Of a DNA stretch of 64,000 nt, positions 13,366-48,504 are shown in pieces; the stretch's first letter is position 1, and every line of letters starts with the position of its first letter. This DNA comes from Tubiluchus corallicola. Its lineage: Eukaryota > Animalia > Priapulida. The stretch is from NCBI GenBank assembly GCA_030141605.1, contig JAQGDQ010000223.1:256204-320203 (forward strand). Reading direction: 5' to 3'. The notes beneath the pieces are model-generated. The model was not told where the DNA came from, did no database searches, and worked only from the letters and a program-made list of their open reading frames with translations. Both the position numbers and the translations under genes were made by a program.

Positions 13366-13495
13366 TCACTTTCACTCAACTCTACTTAATGATAAGAGCC
13401 ATTCGTCTTTCATTCATTTTAATATATACCAACCCGGTGAAAGTAATGACCTACATATTCGCAGATTGTCCATGATTTATCTGACCTACATAAAA
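13366..13495 (-). promoter_or_regulatory. Putative core promoter and 5' non-coding exon of gene B
   Basis: Minus-strand TATATATT at 13428-13421; GTGAAAGTGA about 50 nt downstream (13375-13366); inverted GTGAAAGT 9 nt upstream (13437-13444); two ATGTAGGTCA extended nuclear-receptor half-sites (about 13447-13456 and 13482-13491); candidate donor near 13350. Same layout as gene C. Confidence 0.55.
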
Positions 13496-14981
13496 TCAGC
13501 GATGTTTTGCCGATGAAAGAGAAGATCGTACCTTAGGAAGATATTATCAAGTTCAGACTTCTATCGCTTTATCGCTTTCTACGCTTGCTTTGTTGTAAAG
13601 ATCATAAAATGCGATTTCGGAGGGCTGATACAAACTTCCATGAGATCTTCAGAAGCTCGCGTCAGGAACGAGCTGAAAGTTACATCAGAATCCGTTCTCT
13701 AGTCGAAGTGCGAACTCATATCTTCTATTCGCAGGTTGACGGCATTTTTCATACCAACGCGATGTAAACTACAACCGGCCAACTATCCGATAGCTATTAT
13801 ATTAAAATTTTATCGGGTTAACAAACCGATTTTAGTAAAGTTCAATCTGCACTGTGAAGTTGACGTGCACGCTCTAAAATTTTAAGTGATGTCTTACATG
13901 TATCTAACATAGCGGTAAGTAAGTAAGTAAATAAATAAGATTCTTATTTAAACTCGATAGCTAGGATGAGCCATAAGCTCCTTTACATCTAGGTCGAGTG
14001 TATTAAAACAGTACCATATAAATTAGCATAAAAAGTGCAAAATATGAAATACAATTTAAAATTACGCAAATTTTACATGTATGTACAAAATTAGCCAGTA
14101 AATAAAAGATTTTGAGGTTTAAATTCAGCTGATAATTGATAAAATGAGTAAAAATCAGTATACGTTGGACTGTGGAAAGCAGACATATATTAATTGTATG
14201 TTACTACCTTATCCAAATCTAATACTCTAATGAACCGGCTTCTTCTGGTTTTGAGGAAACTATAGAGCGTGCATTACTGACTGGCAATGTGGGTCTGTAG
14301 GCTTCACTTTTATTCTATTATTTACTTGTTAAAATGAAGATAACAGGAAGCGCCCACTTAAAGCAAAGACATGGCTTTTATTCAGACACAAATATCTGCA
14401 ACGTTTCGACCAAATTTGTTCGAAACAATTCACCTAAATAAACATACACTGTGTGGAAATTACAAAAATCAACATTGAATAAAGAAAATGAGACAAATAA
14501 TAACTTGTGAGCCTACAAATCGTGTGATACAAAGCCAAATGACAGAAAAAATAAAGTTATGTTACTCCAACAGAATTTATTTTCTGACTAATGCCTGTGA
14601 GTGGTAATAACAGAAACCTTTGCATCAGGCATGAACAACACTGTAAATGAGCAGCTACAAGGAGATTTTGTTGTTTTGTAAAACAAAAAACAAATTTAGA
14701 CTTAACTTAAACTTAATAAACTTATGTTTAAACTAGACGTGAACCTTTAAATAATCGCTTTTACATCACATTTGCACTATGTAAAGCACTTTTTCTATAG
14801 TGCTTCGCTCTGTAGTTACTTCTAAAACAATTTGCAAACTGACGTGTCTCTTATAGTTGTACCATTTCTATCATGAAAGTGTTCATTTCACTTGGTTTTT
14901 TGGAGTATCCAGTTAAACTGGTATTAATGCCAGACAGCTAAAAACATAAAAATTGTTTGTTTGTAAAAGACATAAAAGTTA

Positions 14982-15608
14982 TTAAAAGAAACCAGCTGTT
15001 TCAAATTGTCATTCTCGTTTCAACAATTTCACGGCTTACGTGTTTTTTTGTTTTTACAAATAATTCAAGAAAACATAAGGATTTTTCATGTCCTACACCA
15101 TTTTGAAGTGCGGCAAAAAGTAATTTTAAGACCTATAATAATGCCCAAGCGATTCTGATAATTAAATGTAAGTTAAAAACTTAATTAACGGTAGATAGTG
15201 ATGACATCACAACTGAATGCAATTTTATACAGCGCAAGTATTCTACGAGCGAGTTGCACCCTTTTACGAATATTGAAGCATAGTGCTACCGTACAACATT
15301 CAACGTGGTACAAAATTTCAACAAATTTTAAGTTTAAAATTCTAATTTAAAGTTTACGCCGTGCTCACGTCGTAAACGAACACGGAGAAGTATAGCACCC
15401 GTTTTTTTTGTGCAGGAGTTTCCGTAATGCAGGCGCTAGTGCCCATCTAACTAGCGAATGGCGAAATAGCCGGCCGAACCTTTCTGTAGTAATAATTCTT
15501 TCATGCAAGTCTTGAAGAAACAGATTGTTCCCTTTCAATATTTAATTATATTTTACCAGTCATATTGTTTTGAAGTGCAGTTTAACAAGGGACTGGTTTT
15601 TCCTTTAA
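14982..15608. mobile_element. Kolobok-like MITE, copy 2
   Basis: TTAA-AAGAAACCAG ... CTGGTTTTTCCT-TTAA termini; shares blocks such as AATGCAGGCGCTRGTGCCCRTCTAACTAGCGAATGGCGAAAT with copy 1. Confidence 0.7.
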
Positions 15609-17534
15609 GTATTACTAAGAAAGATAAGTCAAGAAATTCTTACAGTCTGGCATTCTTTACAGATGTCAATGTAGTAGTTGAAGTGCTCTCTACCATGGTA
15701 AAACTTTCGGACATTTTATTTTTTGTATATATATTTTATAATAGTATGCACTTTTTTAATGCACGGAATAAATTTTAAATAATAAATAAATAAATTTTAA
15801 AGCAAAAATGTGCGAGCATGTGTTTTTTGTAGAACAGGCAAGAAACAAAAAAGTCCTTCACAGTTTAGCACTCAAGAGCAGAATTTTTTACCTCTGGAAG
15901 CAGCTGATTTTAATATTTTTGGCATTTTGGTCAGGGGTACAGAACTTGGGATATTTTAATCAAAGAAACCTCATCAGTGTATTAAAACAAGCGTTCTCTA
16001 AAATTTAATGTGCAAAGTAGTTCTATTTCATTAGCTCTGTTTTCTAACAGTAATTTATAATTTATTTTACTGTAACTTGCAGGATTGATTGTATCAGCAG
16101 GAATGATAAAGACACTTATTTAAAGACGCTGGAACAACTGGCAATATTTTTACCCAGAGGCAACTATATAAACGACTCTTACAGGAATATTGTTGCACCA
16201 CAAATAAATCACAAACAAATAACGCAAATATCAATTGTTTGCAGGAGGTCATGAGATTCGAACTCAGATGACTGCCGAGTATTGAAGTTAAACGTGTGCT
16301 TGTGGGTGGCACTTTTTTAAAGTTTTCAAGTTTTTAGCAATTAAGTTATATTTAAAAAAGAAGTGTTATTTGGCTTGCATTAATATCTTTTGTTTTGTTT
16401 TGTTTCGTTTCGTTCTGTCTTGTTCTGTTTGATTTTATTTTGTTTTGTTTTGCTTTTCTAACAAAAGGAAATGAGAAGTTTTGTGTGGAAATTCAACCAT
16501 ACCAATCACATGCCTGTTTTGACCAATCACCAGTTTGTTGCTTATTCACTTCATGTTCTGACACTATCCCTTTGATGTAAATTGTGGATGTGGAATTGTG
16601 GACCAGTTGTTAATTGTTGGTTAGAGCAAACGCTACGTTGTTCGTTCGGTGAGACAGGCTTTTTGGCATCCACAAATGCCGGCTTGAAACGTCCTGAACC
16701 AGTGTCAGGTTCCTTTTGGCATGTGCCTTTGAGATAAAATTCTAAGTCCCATTAGCTTTAGTGGTAATGCACATTTTCCTTGTAAATTTCAGTATATGGG
16801 TAAACCACTCCGAGAATTCACTGCGTTACTGAAACTCCCCTTGAAATGACTTGAGTTGGTCTACAGACTGCCTTGTATTAATTTTTGAAAATCTATAGGC
16901 AGATTATGCAAAATTGTTTCTTCAGAAAAAAAATTCGAGCAACATATGGCTGTAGATGGTTATCTGGTTGCTCATTCAAACCGACTAAAGCATTTTGGTC
17001 AGTGTCGGATTTTGCTGATTTTTTTTCACTGTCAGTGTTACTGAAGTAGAGCATGAAGTCGTATTGTGCATCAGTCGGTACCATCCTGCACTTTCCAGCT
17101 CCTTATCCATCTCACGCTGAGTGTTTGAATGTGGATTCACCAGAGTAACTGCATAAACATCCACTCCCACGTGCTATTACTGAATCTCATTCAATAGGCA
17201 AGGTCGCCAATAAGTAGCAAAGTGAAAGTAAATGTTAAATTTCACCAACTGATGGGGACTTGCTTTGTACAAAATGATTGTTCAGTGTATAGGAGTAATT
17301 TAAGCGCGTGCGAAGCGATTTTTGTTTTTATATTTCAGGACAAATTGGGGTCACTGAAGCAAAAAATAATAATAAAGAAATACACAAACTAAGACAAAGA
17401 TGTGTTACCGACAATTATGCACTTTTATAAAAAAAATAAGCTTGTATTAAGCTACATAGCTGCCACGTGCATTTTAAACTGACAAAATTTTAAGAATTTT
17501 AAAAGATCAATTACTACTTCACGCGGGGAAAACT

Positions 17535-17842
17535 ATCCAGTTCGCTCACGCGAGCGTCCTTTATGCGAATGGCTCGTGCCCGCCTGGGTTCGATACTCAC
17601 TCTAGGTGATTTTATTCGTCATATTCATTCTGGTTGTTTACCGTGTACAGGGAGAATGCATTTACTCCCAAACATGGATAAGATATCTTTGTCAGTTCAG
17701 TGGCTCATTTTAGAGGTCTGGCCTTGATAACAAGCCAGATGCCGGTCTTGCCACAACCATTCACGTTGAATAGGCGCAGTCACTATGTGGTACATTAATG
17801 CTTGCAGTTTGCTGATTTGTACAAAAAATAAAAAGAAGAAAA
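17535..17842 (+). mobile_element. Second SINE family (tRNA-like head, A-rich tail)
   Basis: B-box GGTTCGATACT at about 17587; body GCCTTGATAAC.AGC.AGAT.CCGGTC recurs at about 48210-48245; A-rich tail. Confidence 0.5.
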
Positions 17843-20800
17843 TTAATGTTGGGACAAATTACTCAAAATAGTTTTGGTAGCGAGTAAAGATGGCTTTTAA
17901 GCGAGCGATAATTTTGACGCTTTTGTAGTTCTGAGTTTTGAGTTTCAGTCCCATGATATTTCAAACCATTTCGGCCTGCCCAAGTTCACTGTAATAGTAT
18001 TCGTAATCCAATTCTCGCCAAAGATCTGGAAATAATACCGATGTGAATTTTCAAGAAAATGTTGATTCAAATGATTTGCATCACTCTTGAGAATCTCAAA
18101 CATGATACACGCTTTTGCGGGGATTTTATGAGGAGAGCCCACGCATAGTAATTAAGTAGATGTTCACGTGGAATTCCCTCAACTGCATTCTGCTGTTAAC
18201 TGTCTTCCTCTCTAGCACATTTCATCTGATACTCTATATTGTTTATTATAATAATAATAATAATAATTATCATCATCATCATCATCATCATCATTATTAA
18301 GAACATTTATAAAATATACATTATTTTATAAAAGATGAGACTGGCAGGTACGTTAGTTTTTAGGTCAGCCTAGTAATCTAATCTCAGTCTTAATCTTAAT
18401 CTTAATCTATATTATGAAAAAGCAAACTAAAATACGGCAGTTTACATTTGATAAAATGCGCACTACTTACATTAAAAATATGATAAAATAAAAAATCGAT
18501 AAAATATATAATATATACATTATTATATTAGGTAATTAAGTAAATACGAGTATATACCCAATGTGTGAGTTCTGTCTGCGTAGTGTGTAGTCTTTTTTGC
18601 ATTGTAATGCATTGCGTTGTATTTGTAATGTATTGTTATGAAATGTAAACTGTAGTGTGCTGAATCGACAATAAATTAGTATATACAAAGTGTAAATTTA
18701 TCAAAATTGGGAGTAATCACTGAACTAAGGTAAAATGTTTTATAAAAATCTATTAAATATGTAATATTTTAGCAAAAATGTTTAGGACTAGCTTTCAACT
18801 TTAAACTAACAGACTGGATGAAGTGAGAAATTCAAAATTGAATTGAGAGTTAGCTATGTAAAGATTACGCACTTCCTTCACATGTTTTGTCCATAAACCC
18901 TGAAATTGTGCTTTGGATTAAAGCTGTTGACTTAGAAGTTACGCATAATAGATTTCTAGGAAATACGCGTGATGCTACAAATGTAAGCTATAGCCACTTT
19001 CACTTATTTGTCGAGAATTCATAAACGATCTCCATGGAATGTTGCATTGAACCAATTTGAAAACGTGCTAGCACAAGAGAAAATAATTTCCGTATCTGCT
19101 GTTATAGTTTTAGTTGTTTAACTCCTCCAGGAGCGCACCTTTCAAATGAATTTTATACAACCTATGACTTTTCTGCTACTGTATGAGCACAGACGTAGCT
19201 AAATGACTGCAAATTAGGTACTGTTCTATTTAGGAGAATCTTTGCTATCCAATCACGCTATTTTGTTTAAACATTTGTAAGCGATTTAATCAGATAAAAA
19301 TAAGAAAAACACACAATTTTGTAGCTTACATTGTGTAGCTTAATGTAGTGCACACTCGCGTGATCGTACACACTATTTTATCGATCGTCTGCTTGCTGCA
19401 GCCAAGAGAACCGTCTACTGTGCATAGTTTCAGGAAAAGCCAACGGATCAGCCAAGGAGAAATTAAGGTGTCCTTTCATTTTTAACACAAATTTCTCCAA
19501 TTTAGACGATGCCGTTTGCTGAAGCACATGTATGTTCTCATTGTTCTGACTGACAGCTATTATAAGTTTTTTTTGAAAATCACCAAAAAAGTATTACAGT
19601 TTAGTTACCGAAAGAAAACAGAAACAGACTTATCGATGATACGTTTGACAGAAATGAATATAAATTAAGAGCAAGTTTGCTAAACTTAGTAGATACACAA
19701 GGAAGACGTATATCATTTATATTATTAATTATTGTACAAATCCAACTTGCATATTTATAATATCATGAACAAAAATACACTTTGATTTATAAAGCACACT
19801 TGCGTTACCATAAAAATAAAGTTACCACAAATCAGGTTGTCAAGGTAACAGTAATAATGCTGAAACGTTTTAACGTAAAAAATTAATACAGATCATACAT
19901 ACGGACATACGTACAACATAAAAGCTCACATCATTAACCATGCTTCTTGTAGTTAGTTAACTGACTTTTGTAGATGGAATGTAATTATCAATACCTATTG
20001 AGAGAAAAATGCAGAATTGGATAAACTTTAAAGCTGTATATAATTTTGTTATGTTACTTAGAATTAATTATTTTGTAACAGGTTGTTTGGTTGTTTTGAG
20101 TAGGGTCTACTATTAATGTTGATTGCTTATGAAGGAAATGCAATCTAACTAATTATTACACTCAACATTATGAGATAAGAAACTGAATCGACAGCCTGGG
20201 CACACTTAAAGAAGTTATGCTGCGGTAATCCATTTAATAACCAGATTCGGCGTTGCTTAAACTTAGTAGTCACGCATACTTCAGTATAATAATGAAAATA
20301 TTTACGAGTAATGCAGTCCCTGTATAGTTTCGTAGTTCTGCAATTTTATACACAACATACATATGCTGTCTATTATTTCCTATATTTTAGCACTGCGTAC
20401 CTGGCGGTATACATCACAATTGAATACAATGGTAACTAATACTGTCGAAAAGGGGACAGTAACTTATTTAGTACTGAGTTAGCCTATACATATATGATAA
20501 AAAAGGAGTACATTTTGGCTCAGATCTTTGGCTCAAACAATAGTACTTATCTAAATCTGTTTTAGCACTACCAACATTGAAGCATCACTGACATAAATGC
20601 GCATAAATGAAGAAAAGATAGTCATGCCTTACTATTAGCTTAATTAAGAGATTGGGTCTTAGACAATAATTCTTAAAGTTACGGATATGTTACGATTTTA
20701 AGAATTCTAACCGAAGCTCAGAAATTATGTGTAAGTGAAAAAAATGCATCCAAGCAAGATTTGCGCTATGATAACTATTAATAATCATTAATTTACTGAT

Positions 20801-21198
20801 AGCAATTTACTGAATAATTTACTCTGTGCGTGTCACTATAACTTCATATATCGTGGTCCCTAGAGCAGCCAATGTTTCAACGATATAGCATTTCTCTTGA
20901 CACGGTTTGCAAGAAGCCAACAATTTGGCAATAACTGAATCAGAAGCAATAATTGAACAACATTACAATGTTGATTTTCCAGACATCGTAAGGTTCCAAT
21001 GGACCTTACTGAACCGAATGGATCAAATCCTGTATCTTACTGCATTGAGACTCAAGCAGCTTGAGACTCAACTGGATGGAAAGACGGCTAATTTACTGTA
21101 AATAACTTATCTGTTTAGTAGTTTGAGTAATAGGAATTTCGCATTATATTCCCAGTTAGAATAAGTTGCTCGTAAGTGAGGAGAAAGAAAGGTTCCGA

Positions 21199-23427
<2,229 letters not shown>

Positions 23428-23625
23428 CGTCGTTTGTGATTGTATTAATTTCTGAAATTACATAAAATGTTTAAAAGAAAAAATTATGACAACACGTGCT
23501 TGCACTAAATTTGTTAACACTTAACTATAGTTTTTCTACAAAATACGAGGCACGAATTAATATCATTCAGTCATGAGCAACGAATATACAGTGAAACTAT
23601 ACATGTATTACAATATAATATTATT

Positions 23626-23740
23626 TCACTTTCACCAAACTTTTGCCTATTCTTCATTAAACTTCTTGTACGTACGCTTTTATATCACGTCAGTGAAAGT
23701 GCCGTCCTATAGAGATAACATTGGCAATGACCCAAATACG
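23626..23740 (-). promoter_or_regulatory. Putative core promoter and 5' non-coding exon of gene C
   Basis: Minus-strand TATAAAAG at 23684-23677; GTGAAAGTGA at 23635-23626; inverted GTGAAAGT at 23693-23700; ATTTGGGTCA at about 23738-23729. Confidence 0.6.
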
Positions 23741-24188
23741 TGGCCAAAAATTGGGAACCGCGACCAACAAATCGTACCAAGAACCTCAAGGTTAAGCCGC
23801 TGCAGAGAACGGCCATAATTCAGTAGCATCAACAAAGGATCAGTAGTCGTGATAATGAGAAGAGGCTTGGAAGAAGATATACATCAGAGCTCAGCTGCCA
23901 CAAGAGTGATCTCTTTATTGTGTTGTGATAAAATGTTATCAGTTTAAATTCTTGATTATTGGAAGTGAACTACGATTATTGCTGCTCTTTGCTTATTGTT
24001 TATATGTATTAGATGAACTTAAGTGGAATATAATACTTGAGAAAAGAAGGAGAAAGAGAGAAAGATAAAGAGAACGGGTAGAAGAGGGGGAGAAAAAGAA
24101 ATGAGTGCTTGGAAAGTGAAAGAGAGAATGGCAGCGTGAGTGTGAGAAATAGAAGAAAGACAGAAGGAGAGAGTGGAGGTAGACAAAG

Positions 24189-24318
<130 letters not shown>

Positions 24319-24940
24319 GAGGAAATGTGATGTCGTAACGTAAACATTATTTAAGAACTGTCGCACAAGAGAAAAATCAATGTTGCATTCGCCATTTGTT
24401 TCCCTTTTTCCTAATAACAGCACTGAACTACGAAATGCATGCAGCACTGGAAATCTCTCAATCAATGGGCAACTGCCAATTATTTTTTGCAGCTTTATAA
24501 TGGATTTTCTGCCTTGCTCGTCAACATTTAACTAGGAGGGCTGGAGAGGTGCTGATTCTTGATTAGTGACTTGATTAGTTTGCAGCAATGAAACCTGAAT
24601 GATGCTGAGTAACTCCTAATTGGCTTATTGATAATTGAGCAATGAAGCAATACAATGCCTGTATTAGCTGTATCATTCTTTAAGTGCAACTAGATAGCTG
24701 TTATTGACAAAAGGTCTCTTTACAAGATACTCGAGAAGTTGAGATAAACATATTAACAAACTCAGAATTTTATTAGTTACTACTGCTAAATTAAAACATT
24801 TGGCACATCTGTAAACGTGCAATATTAATGAAAGTCATAGGCAATTTTTTGCATCCTCTCGCTTTTTTTCGAAAACCATTCTAGCTCTCCTCAGCATTAG
24901 AAGACAGATGTGAAATTACTTTACAAACAAAAATCGCGTC

Positions 24941-25406
24941 AGGCGGTTTAGTCTGGTGGTAACGCGTCCGGTTTACGTCTGGGGGTTTTGAGTTCGATAC
25001 TGCGGCCGGGTAGTACCAAGGACTTTAGAAATGGTACGTGCTGTTGCCCTGCTGGCACGTGGTATATTTAGGATAAAGTGGGGTAATAATAGTTTCTGTT
25101 ATGTAGTTGTAGATTTGCCGGTTATTTACAGTCTGCAAAAAGTCTTTGAGCTTGTGTTAATTGTTTATCTTTTAGTGGGTTTTATGCCCCTGTATATAGT
25201 ATTTTTTAGTGATCTGTCTTGTGTTTTTATGCTTTGTTTCTGGTTGTGTATGTATGTATATATGTAAACTTTTATTAGTTTCTATCGTAATTTTGTAGTG
25301 TTTTTTAATTTTTATACAATGCTATGTACTTTTAAATGTATGAAATAAACTTCAAGTAAAAAAGTAATTATCTAAAAGTCGACTTTAAATGAAGGTTATT
25401 ATTAAA

Positions 25407-25496
<90 letters not shown>

Positions 25497-25516
25497 GTTA
25501 TTATTACTATTATTAT
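24941..25516 (+). mobile_element. tRNA-derived SINE (MetaSINE-like central domain) with (ATT)n tail and a nested insert
   Basis: A box TAGTCTGGTGG, B box AGTTCGATACT, central TACCAAGGACTTTAGAAATGGTAC..TGCTGTTGCCCTGC; two more copies in the window. The Meta-domain assignment is from memory and needs a Dfam/Repbase check. Confidence 0.75.
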
Positions 25517-26109
25517 AGTGTTATTATACACATCGAGGTTTTATTTATGTGTGTAGTAACAGCTTCTTAGAAAATGTAAAGTAATGATTTTTTCGGTAGT
25601 TTTCAGTCATTCTCCATAGTTCAATACATCAGCGTGGGCTTTTTCACTGGACAAATATCATTCATACTAAAACGAGAAGAAAACAAACAAACAGCAAAAT
25701 AAAATCTAATTTTCAACAGGTGGTACTTATCCCTGAAAGTAGACTTAATTGTTATCCCTATTACTCTATATTACTTACCCAATTATTTTAATGGTCTATT
25801 TGGTTCTAAACTTTTATGGAGAACTGGCAATAAAAATAATTGGTTATATATTATATCTGATAAATTCTTGTTTTCCAACTACCATCGAAGACTTGTTAAT
25901 GAGGTTAAGATAACTTGTAGTCCTATAGATCTAACTGCAATTATGTTCCGCTAATGACTTTTCACGGTCATAGCACATGCGCACCAGAAACAGAACTTGA
26001 TTAATTTATCCCAAGTTGTGCTTTCTAGTCATCAACATCAGCTTTGAGTACGAATAACTGTAGCTGTTGGTTGCATTAGAAACCTAAAGCTCTCAAAAAC
26101 ATTTTTCAA

Positions 26110-26750
26110 TGAATAATTACTGCACCAGGTATGACAATTTAAAACACATTCGTCATAAAACTACAAAAGTTAGTCTGAAATAATTTAATGAATGTACATT
26201 AAAAGAGAACGCTTAACTCTATTTAGCAAGAATAATAAGCCTTGAATTAATTAGCTACATGGTCACTGGTATAGAGAACTGGTACTTGCAGTACAAGCAA
26301 ACAGATGATTACAAATAGAACTTTGGAGTTACAAAGCCTGCATGCGCAGGTTTGTTTTGGATCAAAGCACTGCTTGGAGCCGATTTTATAGTAGGACTCA
26401 TGAATTGCATGTCTTGTCACAGCATGTCGGTTCTGCGTCTTGTGTTCTTTCTACTCATTTTAGTCAAAGCCGGTGTATTGTAGAATGTCATTATTGAGTC
26501 TATTTTATTGAGCTCTATTGAGTCTACTTTACCTACGGCATTTTTAAATATTTGCAGAATTCCCGAGCTCGGAGTACTTTGTTTATGAACCTTATTGCTG
26601 AGCCTTTCTGTATTACACAATAGGAAATATTTGTTTCTTTTTGACATATTTACGGATAGGCCAAAAGCCCTTTTCAAAAACTTTCCTTTAACCGAAACCA
26701 GTTTAAAAAATGAAGATTATATATCGTCTCAAAGACTATCAACGCCAAAA
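26110..26750 (-). mobile_element. 3' fragment of the same LINE family as 4627-6524
   Basis: The reverse complement aligns by eye to about 5890-6520 (KRAFGLSVNM..FLLCNTERLS vs KRVLGLFVNM..FLLCNTERLS; shared 3' end ACCTGGTGCA). Confidence 0.85.
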
Positions 26751-27454
26751 ACATTTTAAACGTTACAAAGACATACATTGCTGTCAAAGAAGATTAATGA
26801 CAAATGTTGCGTAGGCGTATTTGTGGCTTTTGTTATATTAATGTAGTTATCTATAATTTGCAAGTATGTACTTTCGTGATTAGTATACAGAGGCTACAAT
26901 AGGCTCTCAACAACAGACGTTTATTAGTTTCTGATAAATGAGTGACATTAGAAGTTCCATGCGCAGTGATGTTCTTGGTGTCATATATGGAAAACGTTCG
27001 CAGACTTCTGTAACTCGAGTTGACAACAGCTGTCAATTCTGAAGCAGCTGACTCATTCTTGTAATTGATGTTCTGGACTGGATGTGGCAGGGTGGCGTAT
27101 GCAGGACTGATGCGATCTGGATGAGTGATTGTGTAATGAAAGCCATCTTGTGAAGCTATTAGAACACGGTCATCTTTATTTTGGTTAACCATCTCTAAAT
27201 GTTTCCTTCTGATAGTATTCTATAAGTATATGGTTAGACTAAACCTTTATAAAGACAATAGATACAGTTTGTGTTATCTTTCAAGATCTAGCTACATCAA
27301 GTTGATTTCAGGTATGTTTGTCAGTTTAATTTTAAGTTTGTTTTTTTAATTAGTAACTTTAACGTTTCTTCTAATTCAGCTTTTTAATGTAACTTTTTTA
27401 TGAATGTTGCATATTTTGCTTTAATAACAGCGACCTGTAATTCTACTGGTGTAT

Positions 27455-27510
27455 CTCTCTGTACAGCTGATGAACTCCGCGAGGGACGAAAGCTTCAGCA
27501 GAAAAATAAA
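27455..27510 (+). ncRNA. Degenerate minimal type-I hammerhead ribozyme motif (probably a Penelope relic)
   Basis: CTGATGA (27467-27473), ACTCC-GCGA-GGGAC stem II with GNRA loop, GAAA (27488-27491), palindromic AAGCTT stem III, then AATAAA. Stem I and the base of stem II are mismatched. Confidence 0.45.
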
Positions 27511-28838
27511 GAATTTATTGAGACTTAATGAGCATTCTGACTTCTTCTATGAATATGGCAAGTCTCAGAAGAGCACTATCCTATTTTCAGGCTAATGCTT
27601 CTAAAATGATTATTGCCCCTTCTTTCCTTGACATGCTAGAAATTTGTGTTTTCTTGTTTTTATTGAGTACTTCACATCGCTGGTACATTTGATGTATAGT
27701 AGTAGATCTGTAATTTTGCAAGTATATTAAAATTTTAACGCTACGGACTGTTTTTCTGTTGAGGGAGAGGCAATACATATTGGTGCTCATCTAACAAATC
27801 TTCGCCTAATCAGTGTTTTATCTCAAATAATTATCGTAAGAAACTTGTTACGGTCCTGCTACGTCCGTCAGTTTTATTCCCTGCGTTAGCTAGATACAAC
27901 GCACCAACTTGCATACAAATCCACAGTTAATCCTACGAATGATAATCTTTTATTATTAAAAAAACATTAACAGGAATGTAACAAGAAATGAAAACGACAT
28001 TTTACAGAAAGTTAAATTGCAAGTTTTGCAAGAATTAACATTATTAATTTGTCAAATCAGTGACTAATGAGATGTCACGAACATTATTAATTGATTATGA
28101 TATGGTTTTCTAAACTTCGACTATCATAATTAATAATTACTGTATACTAACATAACAACGCTGAAGTTAAATACATTTTAGAACACAAATCTTTTTGAGG
28201 ATGGACGCAACTGATCAAACTATACAAACACTAAGTCATATAGATAATTTGGGAAAGACATTTTTCAAGCAATTCTAAACGTAAACCTGCACACAGACAG
28301 CGTTATTAGTCACTTCACAAAATCAATGTATTACATATATTTAAAATAAACACGAACTAAATAAGACTATAGGTAACAGACACTAATCATTTATTAAGAA
28401 TTACGCTAGCACAAAAAATTCTGTTATGCATAACTGAAAATCAAGATTTTAACTTGCAAATATGTTACTGTACAGTGCAAAATAATGTTTAAAATGGGAA
28501 GGAAACACAGGCAATACAGACTTTATAACCTATCACACAAAACGCGAATTATTTTCTTTGATAACATTCAAAGTAATCTACGTAAAATTTTAAAAACTAA
28601 ACGTGAGCTGTTACAATAACTGTTTGTATATACTACGTGCACCACATTGTGAAACGAGCAAATATGATTTCACACTTTACGCTTGATGAGTTACCAGATG
28701 ATTGTTAAGGGTGATTACTTTTCTCATCATTCTTTTTCAACGTCATTTGTTGTCCTTCAAAAAAGCAAAAAGCAGCTTACATGAGTTTTAAACAATGGCG
28801 ATTTAGCACACATATGAATAGGTAAAGACAGCTCCAAG

Positions 28839-29115
28839 TAAGGGGGTACGTACAACAAACTGCAGTAGAATTTTTTCTTCAGCTTCTGTTAGAATGTAGT
28901 CATAAGTGCCCACAATGTTGGTACTTTTGAGATACATCTATAAATCCTGGCGCCTACTGGGGCAGAAATCAGTTACATCTCCTAAACCATCGGGCCCAGG
29001 TAAAAGTATGTATTTACTGATTTGTTGATGCACGTGAGACCACGTTCTAACAGAATCTGAAGAAAAAAATTCTATTGAAGTTCGTTCTAGGTTGTTTGTT
29101 ATCTTTACCCCCTTA
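28839..29115. mobile_element. MITE with long imperfect inverted repeats
   Basis: TAAGGGGGTA...AGTAGAATTTTTTCTTCAGCTTCTGTTAGAA mirrored by TTCTAACAGAATCTGAAGAAAAAAATTCTATT...TACCCCCTTA. Confidence 0.6.
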
Positions 29116-29425
29116 ATAATCTTACAGAACAGAACCTGTCAAACCACCAACACAATACTGGCACTCAAGGTGCAAAAATTTCAGTACTTAATAGATCCAG
29201 CTACACAGTACCATTTGGCTTATATAATAAACATGAACTACCTAGTACTTTTACTTTTCACTTTTTACAAAGTAAATTAAAAGTCAAATATATTCAAAAA
29301 ATTTTCAGGCGATAATGAACGCTGCAAGTTTCAATTCACGAAAAGCTGAGGAAGAGAAACAAGTAGAATTATTTGCATATTTCTCAGTTTTGTGTTGCAC
29401 TCGTAAGTACAAACGTCTATCTTAC

Positions 29426-48504
<19,079 letters not shown>

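Noticed and set aside
16580-17170. Coding-looking minus-strand stretch between genes B and C (similar stretch at 37500-38180)
   Set aside because: Multiple stops, no recognisable motif or consistent splice sites; probably old TE debris.
20907-21101. 64-aa helical-looking plus-strand ORF just past the gene C stop
   Set aside because: TTG start, in-frame stop just upstream, no acceptor; lies antisense in the gene C 3' UTR.
27286-27528. Apparent plus-strand mini-exons (SSYIKLIS + DELREGRKLQQKNKEFIET*)
   Set aside because: No upstream exon or start found; the second piece is better explained as a hammerhead/Penelope-like end.
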